NCBI GenBank assembly: GCA_963698975.1
Contig: CAVOSV010000001.1
Location: 858,856 to 922,855, forward strand
From: an uncultured Gemmatimonadales bacterium
GTDB lineage: Bacteria > Gemmatimonadota > Gemmatimonadetes > Gemmatimonadales > GWC2-71-9
DNA: 64,000 bases
Direction: 5' to 3'
Below are positions 33,705-43,754 of the stretch, in pieces (position 1 is the first letter of the stretch; every line of letters starts with the position of its first letter). A program made the position numbers and the translations under genes. Below the pieces are notes generated by a model, which was given only the letters and a program-made list of their open reading frames with translations, was not told where the DNA came from and made no database searches.

Positions 33705-36700
33705 CTAGAGATCTGGCGTGCCGATGATCCGGCAGCTGGATAGATCGAGGCTGGTGCCGTCCTTCACGAATTCCACCCGAAATACGGGATGGCTGGTAAG
33801 CCGGCCGCCAAAGGCGTCCTTCCAGGACAGCCGCAATGCGAATTCCATGGACGCGGTAGCGCTGCCGATTCGCTGAGCCCCGTCTTCCCGTTCACCTACC
33901 TGAGCACTCCACTCGCTGGTACGCAGAATCCGGCTGAGCTTCTTCAGATTATCCTGGTCGGTCTTGGACTCGGGATGATAGAGTTCTTCCAGCTCACTGA
34001 CATCTTTCTGTGCCACCGCGTTGTAGCACTGGTCCACGCCTCGACGCATCTCATCGGTCAGCCGCAGTCGCTCAGCGGCCGGATCACTCGCAGGTGTAGT
34101 GGGTGACGAGCGCCGCGCCTCCTCCGCCGCGAGGTCCGCCCGGCTGGTTCGCGGCTGCGGAAGAACGGTGACTCTCACCTTTCCCGCTTTCCCGTCCACG
34201 CTGGCGCTGATGTCCGCGGTGCCCGCTGCCAGGGCTACGACCACGCCGGAAGAATCCACCGACGCCACGTCCGGATTGCTGCTGGCCCAGACTGCCGCGT
34301 GGCCGCTCAATTCCGCTCCACGCTGATCCTGCGGGGCTGCTCGAAGATCCAGAGTATCTCCCACCTTGAGCGGCCGGGCGCCGCTGACGTCGACCGACGC
34401 CACCGGCGCCGGAGCCACCGATACCGATGAGATTGCCGATTCCCCGCCGCTTCGGGCAATGATGAGCGTACCACCAGGTGCGCGAGCTCGAATGAGCCCC
34501 GAGCTCTGCTCGACTGAGGCGATCGACGGATCGCTGGAGCTCCAGGTTGCCCTCACGCCGGGGATGGGTTTGCCGCTCTCGTCCTGTCCGGAGAGCGCCA
34601 GTGTAAGCGTGTCGCCCACCTGAAGAGGAGCGGACGAAGCGATCGACAGGGAGGCAAGCTGCGGCAACACCGCAGGGCGCGGAGCCGAACGCACGACAAT
34701 TCCGGCGCTGTCACGGTGGCCCCCGGCGGCGGCAACGATCTGAGCCCGGCCGGGAGCCAGCGCCTGGACTACGCCGGCGGAATCCACCGTGAGCACCGTG
34801 CTATCGGTCGAGCTCCAGGAGATTCGCTCCGAACCCACCATCTTGCCGTTGCCATCACGCGATTCGGCACTCAGGGCGCTCGTCGCCCCTACGGCCAGCG
34901 AATGCGCCGGCCGCCGCGTAATCGTGACGGAAACAGGCGCGCTGGTGTCCACCACAGCGGAATCCGTCGGCTCACTGGCGGAAGCGATGAGGTAACCGGC
35001 TGAGCCGAGGCCGGGGTCTTCGGTACTTACCGAGGAGTCGCGCAGAGCGATGGCGGTATCCGGGATAGCGGGCAGGTCTCCCCGACCGCGTTCTCCAACC
35101 AGCCAGAAACCGCCTGCTACCAGGAACGCGCCTCCAGCTGCCACCAGCCATCCCGGCCGATGACGCGAGCGTCTGGGCTCCGGACTACGCGGTTCGGGCG
35201 GCAGCTCCCACGGGATCGGATCGGGGCGAGGACGGGAAACGATGGGTTCGGGAGTCCGATCGAGGACGTTCACACTGATGGAGGAGCTGACGCCTTCGCA
35301 CACGGCCGTGAGCATGATGTGACCGGGATTCCGGGTGATCACCCAGCCTCCCGCCGTCACCACCGCGGTGTTCACATCGCTGACGCTCCAGGCCACGCTC
35401 CTGTCGGTGAGCGCGCCGGCCCAGCGATCGAGCGGCGTGGCGGTCAGCGCGAAGGAATCGCCAGCTACAACGGAGTCCGGCGCCGCGGAGATATGCACCG
35501 CCGCCACCCTCGGAGGGAGGACCGTAACTCCGACGTTGGCCCGAGCTTCGTCGAGCTCCGCGATGACGCGAACGGAGCCGCCGGAACGGGCAGTCAGAAC
35601 TCCATCGAGGCTCACGGTTGCGACCGTGTCGTCCTCGGATCGCCAGGTGACGGGCCGGTCAAGCGCCCGTCCCCGTTTGTCCCGCGGTGTCGCCTCCAGC
35701 TGGATTTCGTCGCCCACTGTGATGGCTTTGTCGACCGCCTTCACAACGATGGAGTCGGCCCGGGGCGGCGCAACGGTGACCCGCAGCCGCCCCTCCTGAC
35801 CGTCGCAGATGGCACGAATCAGGGCCATCCCAGACGTGACGGCGGTGGCGACCGCCTTGGTGGCATTCACCCGGAGCACGCCGGGTGAGTCGCTGCTCCA
35901 CTGCACCGGACTGGTAGGCAGGCGAGCCGCCTGGCCATCGTGCACGCGCGCCACCAAAAGGAAGCTGTCGCCCACCTCGAGCCCGGCTGGAGGCGGAAGA
36001 ATGCTCACGGCGCGCATCATTCCCGGGGGAGTGGCCTGGAGTATGGCTGAGGACTTGGCGGCCGCGTGTGAGCCATTGCCCGAGCTCTCAAACGCGGTGC
36101 GAGCTCCGGCCATGGCAAATCGGCTCAGCTCGGCACGCGCCGGGTCGTCCTCAGGCAGGGCCGCGGCGCCGAGCGCCGTGAGCGCCTGCGTCATGCTGGG
36201 CCAGCGCTCCTCCGAATTCTTGGCCAGCATTCGGAGGATCGCGCTCTCCAGTTCAGGCGGACAGTCGCCCCGCTCGTGGAGAGGACGGGGTGGCTGCTCC
36301 ACGTGCGCCTGGATGACTGAATAGGTGGAGCCGTTGAAGGGTGGGGCGCCGGTGATCATCTCATAGGCCACCACACCCAAGGAGTACTGGTCCGAGGCCC
36401 CGGACACTTCACCACCGGCGCACTGCTCCGGACTCATATACGCCGGCGTTCCTACCATGAAGCCGGTGTGGGTGTGACTCGGCCCCTCCGCGGCCTTGGC
36501 GATGCCGAAATCGGTGACGACGGCGTTGCCGTCCCCATCGATAAGGATGTTCGCCGGCTTGATGTCTCGGTGCACCACCTTGAACCGGTGAGCGTAAGCC
36601 AGAGCCGAACCGACCTGGTACAGAATCGACCGGACCGTGGCGAGCGGCAGCCTGCCCGCATCCTTGAGTACCTCCTCCAGCGAGCGACCCTGGATGCAGC

Positions 36701-37193
36701 GCATGACGAAGAAGTGGAGACCTTCGGCGGCCCTCACCGAATACACCGAGACGATGTTGGGATGGTTGAGATGGGCGATGGTGATCGCTTCACGGCGGAA
36801 GCGGTCGATCATGCCTTCGCCCATCAGCAGCCCGGGCGACATCACCTTGATGGCCACATCGCGATGCAGGGACAGCTCGTGGGCCAGGAATACCGCGGCC
36901 ATCCCGCCCCGTCCCAGCTCGTGGCCGATTTCGAACTCGCCCATCGTGGCGCGCCGGAGCCGGGCTATGACTTCAGCCCAGGGAGATTCGTCTTCGGTCA
37001 GCTCGCCAGAAATCGAGTGAGAGTCAGGCCGGGGGATGCCTGGAGTGCCGCACTTGGGGCAGGTCTCGTCGGTCTGCAGAAGGAACTCGCCACAGCTCGC
37101 GCACCACAACAGCTCCGCTCCGCACTGGGCGCAGAAGCGGTCATCAGGCCCGAGCGGGCCAGTGCACTGAAGACAGGCAATAGGCGTGGTCAT
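33705..37193 (-). CDS. Hanks-type Ser/Thr protein kinase with double Zn ribbon, Big_2 repeats and one TM helix
   Basis: Four CxxC; LGRGGMAAV, VAIKV, HRDIKPANI, DFGIAK, GTPAYMSPEQ; about six WSSxD Big_2 units. Confidence 0.93.
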   Translation of the reverse strand: MTTPIACLQCTGPLGPDDRFCAQCGAELLWCASCGEFLLQTDETCPKCGTPGIPRPDSHSISGELTEDESPWAEVIARLRRATMGEFEIGHELGRGGMAAVFLAHELSLHRDVAIKVMSPGLLMGEGMIDRFRREAITIAHLNHPNIVSVYSVRAAEGLHFFVMRCIQGRSLEEVLKDAGRLPLATVRSILYQVGSALAYAHRFKVVHRDIKPANILIDGDGNAVVTDFGIAKAAEGPSHTHTGFMVGTPAYMSPEQCAGGEVSGASDQYSLGVVAYEMITGAPPFNGSTYSVIQAHVEQPPRPLHERGDCPPELESAILRMLAKNSEERWPSMTQALTALGAAALPEDDPARAELSRFAMAGARTAFESSGNGSHAAAKSSAILQATPPGMMRAVSILPPPAGLEVGDSFLLVARVHDGQAARLPTSPVQWSSDSPGVLRVNATKAVATAVTSGMALIRAICDGQEGRLRVTVAPPRADSIVVKAVDKAITVGDEIQLEATPRDKRGRALDRPVTWRSEDDTVATVSLDGVLTARSGGSVRVIAELDEARANVGVTVLPPRVAAVHISAAPDSVVAGDSFALTATPLDRWAGALTDRSVAWSVSDVNTAVVTAGGWVITRNPGHIMLTAVCEGVSSSISVNVLDRTPEPIVSRPRPDPIPWELPPEPRSPEPRRSRHRPGWLVAAGGAFLVAGGFWLVGERGRGDLPAIPDTAIALRDSSVSTEDPGLGSAGYLIASASEPTDSAVVDTSAPVSVTITRRPAHSLAVGATSALSAESRDGNGKMVGSERISWSSTDSTVLTVDSAGVVQALAPGRAQIVAAAGGHRDSAGIVVRSAPRPAVLPQLASLSIASSAPLQVGDTLTLALSGQDESGKPIPGVRATWSSSDPSIASVEQSSGLIRARAPGGTLIIARSGGESAISSVSVAPAPVASVDVSGARPLKVGDTLDLRAAPQDQRGAELSGHAAVWASSNPDVASVDSSGVVVALAAGTADISASVDGKAGKVRVTVLPQPRTSRADLAAEEARRSSPTTPASDPAAERLRLTDEMRRGVDQCYNAVAQKDVSELEELYHPESKTDQDNLKKLSRILRTSEWSAQVGEREDGAQRIGSATASMEFALRLSWKDAFGGRLTSHPVFRVEFVKDGTSLDLSSCRIIGTPDL

Positions 37194-37489
37194 GCTGCCG
37201 CCGGGAGACGTCCCGTAGGGGAGGATGGCTCAATATTGAAGGCCGTCCGGTAAGAGCGCAATTAGGCCCCTAGTATAGGTCAAGCACGGCTTCGGAGCGG
37301 CGAAGCCTCCCGCCGTCCGAACCCATTGCGAACGCCGTCAGATTCCCTTTAAAACTAATGATTTCGGGCTGTAGATTCTACGTAAGTCTATGTCAGGTAT
37401 CTAGATCTGTGAGGTGGATCACGTCACCTATCGCCCGCCCTCCCGGTGAGCCAAATTGGTGACTTCCGACCAGGAGGAATGTTACCGCC

Positions 37490-37906
37490 ATGGCCAAGAA
37501 GCCTGCAGACCGGCAACAACCCGAGTCGCTCCGTCTCCGCTCGATCATGCCCAGCTTTACCGTCAACGACATCGACCGCAGTGTCCAGTGGTATTGCCAT
37601 GGACTGGGCTTCTACCTGGCCGAGCGCTGGGAAGATGGCGGAAAGCTCAAGGGAGTCACGCTCAAGGCCGGCGCCTGCGAGATCGGGCTCTCCCAGGATG
37701 ACTTCAGCCGCGGACGCGACCGACCCAAGGGAGCCGGCTTCCGGATCTGGTGCGAGACCACCCAGGACGTCGACGCAATCGCCAAACGACTGCGGAACCT
37801 TGGCGGGACCGTTACGGAAGAGCCGGGGAACCACTGGGACAGCTACAGTTTCACGGCCCAGGATCCGGACGGGTTCAAGCTGACGATAATTCGGGCGAGT
37901 AGCTGA
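37490..37906 (+). CDS. VOC/glyoxalase family protein
   Basis: FTVNDIDRSVQWY...LGF, WDSYSFTAQDPDGFKL; AGGAGG RBS. Confidence 0.88.
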   Translation: MAKKPADRQQPESLRLRSIMPSFTVNDIDRSVQWYCHGLGFYLAERWEDGGKLKGVTLKAGACEIGLSQDDFSRGRDRPKGAGFRIWCETTQDVDAIAKRLRNLGGTVTEEPGNHWDSYSFTAQDPDGFKLTIIRASS

Positions 37907-39485
37907 CCTTCTGGCGCAGCACTTCCATGGCGGCGTTGCGTCCATTGATCGCAATCACGCTCCCGCCCGGGTAGGTCCCTGCTCCGCAAAGAAAAACGCC
38001 GGTCATCGGCGTGGTGGGCTTGAGGCGTTGGTCCCACATGTACTCCGGGAGACACTCGCCCTGGAAAATGTGTCCTCCGGTCAGGCCGGTCCGCCGCTCG
38101 ATGTCAGGCGGACCCATCACTTCCAGCTGTAACACGGCTTCGGGAATGTTGCTGCAGAACCGGCCGATCGATTCCAGAGCCACACGGGCGACCTCTTCCC
38201 TACGGGTGTCCCAGCTTCCGGTGCTGAACCGGTAAGGAACCGGCTGGGCAAAGATGCTCATGATGTGTCTACCTTCCGGCGTCACGCTCGAATCATGCGA
38301 GCTCTGGAAGTACAACTCGGTCCAGAGCCGGGGAGGCAGCCCGCCGGCCTGGGCAGTCTGATAATGCGAACGCCATTCGTCTTTGCTGAGCGGGGTATTG
38401 ACCTGCCCGAGATGATGCGGCTCCAGCGTGCCCGGCCGGGCCCGAAAGTTCGGTAGCTCACGGAGCGCCACGGTGATCTTGACCGTGCAGCCGATCATCG
38501 GAATCCGCTCCACCTGCTCCCGCCATTGCGCATCGGCTTCGCTATCCAACAACCGGAGAGTGGTGCGCGGGTCCGCATTGGAGATCACGACCGGAGCTCG
38601 CAGCCGCTCTCCCCCCTCCAGCTCGACGCCCTCGCCGGGCAGAATGCGGCTCACCGGTGCTTCGGTCGTAACCTGGACCCCGGCCTTGCGAGCGACGTCC
38701 GCCAGGATAAACGAGACCCGGCCCATGCCACCCTTGATGTAGCCCCACATGCCGGGGATCCCACCCATCCGGCCCGAGGCATGATGGAAGTGGATCGACG
38801 CCGTTCCGGGCTCGTGCGGGCTGACATTGGTACCGATCACGCCCTGCCCCAAGAGCGACTGCTGCAGCCGTTCATCGCCGAGGTAGCGCTCGACGAATTC
38901 CACCATGGACCACTCGAACAGGAGCCCGATGGCTTCCAGGTCGTGGCCCAGGCGGGACTTGATAACCTCTCGGCTGGGAGCGGGCCCGATCCACAGGTCG
39001 GCCGGGCCGGGCGGACGGAGAGAGTCGCGGACCCGCGCCTTGAGCGCGGACATCGCCCGCCAGCCAGCGAGATCTCCCGGGGCAAAGCGGCGGATCTCCG
39101 CTTCCAGCCGTTCATCGTCTCCCCAGAGCTGCACGCTGCTGCCGTCCTCGAATGGTACGAAGAGGCCGGGCATGGCCGGGTGCCACTCCAGCCCGCGGCG
39201 CACCAGGTCGAGCTCTTCGATCACCAGCGGATGGAGCAGCCCGCAGACATAGGCGCAGGGCGACACCCGATAGCCGGGCCAGGTCTCCTCCAGAGTGCAG
39301 GCGCCACCGATCCGGTTTCGGCTCTCCAGCACCAGCACCTGAAGGCCGGCGCGAGCCAGGTACGCGGCGCAGGTCAGACCGTTATGGCCCGCGCCGACTA
39401 CGATGGCATCCCAGCTCCTGGCTGCCAGCTGCTTGATCGAGGCGGATGGATGCGAGATGAGCTTAGAACCCGGTGATGACGGCAA
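37875..39485 (-). CDS. Phytoene dehydrogenase-like FAD oxidoreductase (PYROXD2-like); start uncertain
   Basis: DAIVVGAGHNGLTCAAYLA, IGGACTLEE, GLTGGHIFQG, LCGAGTYPGGSV. Confidence 0.9.
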   Translation of the reverse strand: MPSSPGSKLISHPSASIKQLAARSWDAIVVGAGHNGLTCAAYLARAGLQVLVLESRNRIGGACTLEETWPGYRVSPCAYVCGLLHPLVIEELDLVRRGLEWHPAMPGLFVPFEDGSSVQLWGDDERLEAEIRRFAPGDLAGWRAMSALKARVRDSLRPPGPADLWIGPAPSREVIKSRLGHDLEAIGLLFEWSMVEFVERYLGDERLQQSLLGQGVIGTNVSPHEPGTASIHFHHASGRMGGIPGMWGYIKGGMGRVSFILADVARKAGVQVTTEAPVSRILPGEGVELEGGERLRAPVVISNADPRTTLRLLDSEADAQWREQVERIPMIGCTVKITVALRELPNFRARPGTLEPHHLGQVNTPLSKDEWRSHYQTAQAGGLPPRLWTELYFQSSHDSSVTPEGRHIMSIFAQPVPYRFSTGSWDTRREEVARVALESIGRFCSNIPEAVLQLEVMGPPDIERRTGLTGGHIFQGECLPEYMWDQRLKPTTPMTGVFLCGAGTYPGGSVIAINGRNAAMEVLRQKVSYSPELSSA

Positions 39486-41575
39486 CCCGCACGGAGCGGG
39501 GCGAGCCCGGGCTGATGTTGTCGTTGCTGTTGGCGGTTGCGTAGTACTGCTGGTCGAACAGGTTTTCCAGGTTCATCTGGAACCGGAGGTGACGGCTCAT
39601 GGTGTAGTAAGCCGCCGCGTCGAACCGGGTGAAGCTGGGCAGCCTCACCGCGTCGTCGATGGCGGCGTACATGTCATCCTGGTAGACCACGCCCATCCCG
39701 AGTCCCAGGGCAGAGGTGGCCTGGTACCGGTTCCAGAGCGACACGGTGTTCCGCGGCACCAGGGGAACCCTGGCTCCTTCCGCTGCCGCCGCAGTCCGGC
39801 TGGTGACCTTCGCATCCTGATTGGCGTACCCGCCGATGATCTGCCACTGGGGACTCACCGCGCCGGTCAGGCTGAACTCGAAGCCTTTGGTACGCTGGCT
39901 GCCGGTCTGAACCGTTCGGGTGGGATCGACTGGATCCGGCGCCGTCGTGTTGGTTCGGTCCAGACGATACACCGCGCTCGAAAGCGAGAGCCGGTCGAAG
40001 ACGTCCCACTTGGCGCCGATCTCGTAGTTCCTGAACTTCTCCGGTTCCAGGGTCGCGCTGGTGACCGTCATCGAGGAGAACTGATCACCCGAGCTGGGCA
40101 GGGCGGACACGCTGTAGCTGGAGTACAGGGTGACGCTCTCGACCGGCTTGAACAGCAGGGCGGCCCGGGGCGATATCAGATCGTCGGTGCGGCTCAGCGC
40201 GTCATTGTTCCGATGATTGTAGAAGTCCACATCGAAGTGCTCGTAGCGCGCACCGACGATTGCCTGCCACTGCTCCGAGAGCACCACCTGGCTCTGGCCG
40301 TAGAACGACAGCGACGTGGCCGTGGAATGATTGTCGGCATCGGTGGCGCTTTGCCGGAAGGTGACCGGAACCGCTATAGTCGGATTGGACACCGGCGCGG
40401 TGATCACCGTGGCCGAATCGTTGAAGTAACCGGTGTTGCGGAAGTTGTCGGTGATCTGCCGGCCGATGGAGAAGCCGCCGAGCAGCGTCTGGCTGATCGA
40501 CCCGGTCACCAGGTGATAGCTCACCTCCGACTCGTTGAACAGATTGCGTCGCTTGGTTGCGTTGTTGTAGGCCGAAATATTGACGTCGGTGCCGGCCGGG
40601 TTCACGGCGCCGGGAAAGACGTTCTGGTAGATCTTGTCGTAGTCGGCAAAGAGGCTTCGGTTCCGCAGAGTGACCAGGCCGCCGGTGGTATGCTCGATGC
40701 TGGCGGTTCCGATGTTCACCAGAGCGTCGGCGTAGCTGACCGACGGATCGCCGAAGAAGGTGCGCGGCGTCGTGGTCGAGAGCGGCGCTCCGGCAAAGGA
40801 CGGAATCCCCCGGTCGGCGGTGCGATTGTCCTTGAAGTGCTCGTAGCTCGCCAGCACCCGGGTCTGGGGCGAGAGCTGGATGGTAGCGGTGGGATTGATA
40901 CCGTAGCGCTCGATGTTGACCTCGTTGCGATAGAGGTCGGAGTTCTCGTAGACCCCGTTCAGCCGGAGCGCGATGCCATCGGTGACGCCCTGCCCCACGT
41001 CCAGGGCGGTGCGCCGGTTCCCGTAGGAGCCGCCCTGCAACGACAGCTCGCGTACCGGCGTCCAGTCCGCCACCTTGGTCACCCGGTTGAGCACCCCGCC
41101 TCCGACTCCGCGGCCGAAGATCAGCGCATTGGCGCCCTTCAGCGCTTCGATCCGCTCGACGTTGTACAGGTCGCGGAAGTACTGGACGTCATCCCGCATT
41201 CCGTTGACGAAGAACCCCGCCGTGGTGTTGTTCCCCCGGATCGTGGCCTGATCGCGGTTGCCCTCTCCCTGCGCCATGGTGATGCCGGGGATGTACCGGG
41301 TCACCTCCCCCATGCTCTCCATCCGCTGGTCGGCAGATGACATTATGGGTGACAACAGTGACCGACTGAGGTACGTCGCGCAGCGGCGTGCGGGTCTTGG
41401 TGGCGGTGCTGGTTTGCGGAGTGAAGTAGGCCGGCCGAGCAGCGCCCTTTACCTCTAAGGTGGGAAGAGTGAGCGGCGTGGTGTCTCGCTGGGCTGTGCT
41501 GGAAGAATCACCCTGGGCCCGGGCAATCGAAGGCAAGCAGGCCAGGAGGAGAATGGGGGCGAGGCGCCTCGGCAC
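39463..41575 (-). CDS. TonB-dependent siderophore receptor (frameshift near 41340)
   Basis: STATKTRTPLRDVPQSVTVV, RDLYNVERIEALKGANALIFGRG, NLENLFDQQYY...PGSPRS...GF. Confidence 0.92.
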
Positions 41576-41588
41576 AATGAGTTTCCTG

Positions 41589-41603
41589 TGAGAATGATTC
41601 TCA
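41589..41603. promoter_or_regulatory. Fur-box-like operator
   Basis: Perfect 7-1-7 palindrome TGAGAAT-G-ATTCTCA, 14 nt upstream of the siderophore receptor start. Confidence 0.75.
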
Positions 41604-41725
41604 AATAGTCTTTTGAATGCGCTTCATGCTACAAACGAAAGGGGACTTGGTCAATAGGAATTTGATCTGTCAGTTGTGCCAGTTGCCGCCGATGCCGGGC
41701 CATGGGACCATGAGACCACGCCCTC

Positions 41726-42727
41726 ATGACGATCAAGCTCGCGGCTCTTTTCCTTCTCCTCGGCGCCGCAACCGCTGAGGCGCAAAAAGATTCGGTCTGG
41801 ATCCGGAATGGAGACCGGATCACCGGAGAGGTGAAGTCGCTTTCCCGCGGATTGCTCAAGTACTCGACCGACGACCTGGGCACCATCTACATCGAATGGG
41901 ACAAGGTCGACCGGATCAGCACCTCCACCGTCGTAGAAGTCCGCCTGGCCACCGGCCACAAGTTCTATGGGCGCCTGGGGCTGGCTCCCACCGGCCTGCT
42001 GGCACTCGCGGCCGACACCCTCCGGATTTCAAACATCGTGGGAATGACGCCGATCCAGGGAAAGTTCCTGGCCCGGCTGAATGGATATTTCGACCTGGGG
42101 TTCTCCTTTCAGAAAGCGCATGGCGCAGTTCAGCTCTCCACCGGAGCGCGGGTGCAGTACCGGGCTCCAAGCGCGGAGACCACCCTCGATCTCACCGGCT
42201 ATATCGAGGATCGGGATGACGCAAGCAAAAGCTCGCGCCTGTCCACGGCACTCACCGAGCGGCTGTTCCTGAGCACTCGATGGAGCACCGGTTTCGTGGT
42301 GGGGTATGACCGGAACAATGAGCTCGATCTGGCGGGCCGGGCACGGCTGGTTGGCTTCGGGACCCGAATGCTGGCGCAGTCCAACCACATCGAGTTTCTG
42401 GCCAGCGGGGGCATGGTGCTGAACCGGGAGCGGTACTTCACCACCGACTCGACCACGACCGGAGTCGAGGGTTTGCTCAGCGCCGCTTTCCGCGCGTTCC
42501 GCTACGACCAGCCCAAGCTCGATGTCTCCGTGACCAGCCAGGCATACCCCAGCTTCGTGGTGCAGGGCCGGGTAAGGCTGCAGAACGATCTGCGGGTATC
42601 CTACGAGTTATTGAAGGATTTCATGCTGACCGGGACGCTGTTCGATACCTACGACAGCAAGCCGCCGGTGGTGGGCGCTCCGAAGAACGACTTTGGGACC
42701 ACGCTGGCGATAACCTGGACCTACTGA
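41726..42727 (+). CDS. DUF481-like outer membrane beta-barrel protein
   Basis: Signal AEA-Q, DSVWIRNGDRITGEVK N-domain, C-terminal TTLAITWTY. Confidence 0.8.
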   Translation: MTIKLAALFLLLGAATAEAQKDSVWIRNGDRITGEVKSLSRGLLKYSTDDLGTIYIEWDKVDRISTSTVVEVRLATGHKFYGRLGLAPTGLLALAADTLRISNIVGMTPIQGKFLARLNGYFDLGFSFQKAHGAVQLSTGARVQYRAPSAETTLDLTGYIEDRDDASKSSRLSTALTERLFLSTRWSTGFVVGYDRNNELDLAGRARLVGFGTRMLAQSNHIEFLASGGMVLNRERYFTTDSTTTGVEGLLSAAFRAFRYDQPKLDVSVTSQAYPSFVVQGRVRLQNDLRVSYELLKDFMLTGTLFDTYDSKPPVVGAPKNDFGTTLAITWTY

Positions 42728-42737
42728 CTATCCGTCA

Positions 42738-43754
42738 TCAATGATGGTGTTCTGCTGAGTGGTGATGGCCACCATTCATCATTTCAGTGGGGGCACCCTG
42801 TACCCGCACATCGTGCAGGTAGACGGAGTCTCCCCGGGACACTGCAGGCCATGCGCTGCCATCCGCGGGCAGCACGATTCCGCCGATAGCACCCATCCCG
42901 CCGTCTTCCAGCACCTCTCCGGTCGGGTTGTTGTATTCGGCCGTGATGCGGTACAGGTGATCGGGAGTGAGCTGCACGCCGAAGGGCAGGAAGTAATGAA
43001 TCGGCATGCCGACGAGCTCGCCCTCGTCGTCCAGTTTGGGCCGGGCCTCCCAGAGCAGTTTCCCGGCCGAGATGTCCTCGAGCTTGAGGCCGGTGCCGTA
43101 GTCGTGCAGGTGGCTTCCTGCGGCCAGCAGCCGGGCTGCGACTGCCGGACGGCCTTCCCAGCTTCGGGTGGAGCGGCCCGGTGGCAAGTCGAAGGCGTGC
43201 CGGCCAGCCGGCGGCATCACGTCCAGATACACCGGACGGATCGCGACCGGACGGAGCCATGAGGTGGACGGGGTCAGCCCCAGCCGCACGCGGATCTTCA
43301 CCCCGTGATGCTCGGTACCGGTCGGATTGTGCAGCATGGCCGTGACCAGAAGGCTGTCACCGCGATGGATCGGATAGCCCAGGAACCAGGGTAGGCCGTA
43401 CGGCTTGGTTTCCGAGCCCGCCGCACCGATCCGCAGTCTGATCTGGCTGAACAGCTCCCGCTGCTCCGGCGCAATCAGATTGAGGTGGTGAAGCGCTCCG
43501 GGGATCTTCTCGCCTCGCTCGTCCACCACGTCGAATGCGATGCTTCGGAGCCAGCCTTCGACCGGCAACGCGAGGGTGAGAGGCCGGGGCTGCTCGACCT
43601 GATCGTGGCCGGCCCCGGAGGGCAGGTGGTAGGGACCCAGCTCGATGGTGTATTCCTCGGTGGGGCCACCCGCCGCTGCGCCGAGGATGACCGCGAGGGA
43701 GGCGGCCAGCGCCAGCCAGCGCCAGCGCCGGCGAGCCAGGATCTTCCTCACCAT
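42738..43754 (-). CDS. Exported PHM/dopamine-beta-monooxygenase-like copper protein with His-rich tail
   Basis: LHHLNL, LPWFLGYPI...TAMLHNPT, FDLPPG, GSHLHDYG, AEYNNPTG...GGMG; tail EMMNGGHHHSAEHHH. Confidence 0.65.
   Translation of the reverse strand: MVRKILARRRWRWLALAASLAVILGAAAGGPTEEYTIELGPYHLPSGAGHDQVEQPRPLTLALPVEGWLRSIAFDVVDERGEKIPGALHHLNLIAPEQRELFSQIRLRIGAAGSETKPYGLPWFLGYPIHRGDSLLVTAMLHNPTGTEHHGVKIRVRLGLTPSTSWLRPVAIRPVYLDVMPPAGRHAFDLPPGRSTRSWEGRPAVAARLLAAGSHLHDYGTGLKLEDISAGKLLWEARPKLDDEGELVGMPIHYFLPFGVQLTPDHLYRITAEYNNPTGEVLEDGGMGAIGGIVLPADGSAWPAVSRGDSVYLHDVRVQGAPTEMMNGGHHHSAEHHH

Noticed and set aside
37255-37445. AT-richer spacer with a small hairpin as an ncRNA or att site
   Set aside because: Consistent with an ordinary divergent promoter; no tRNA, integrase or flanking direct repeats
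37875-39485. crtI carotenoid biosynthesis gene
   Set aside because: Motifs (GHNGL, GGHIFQG) fit the PYROXD2-like branch, and there are no crtB/crtE neighbours
39403-41340. 645-aa plus-strand ORF
   Set aside because: Antisense shadow of the TonB siderophore receptor, caused by high-GC codon bias; no motifs
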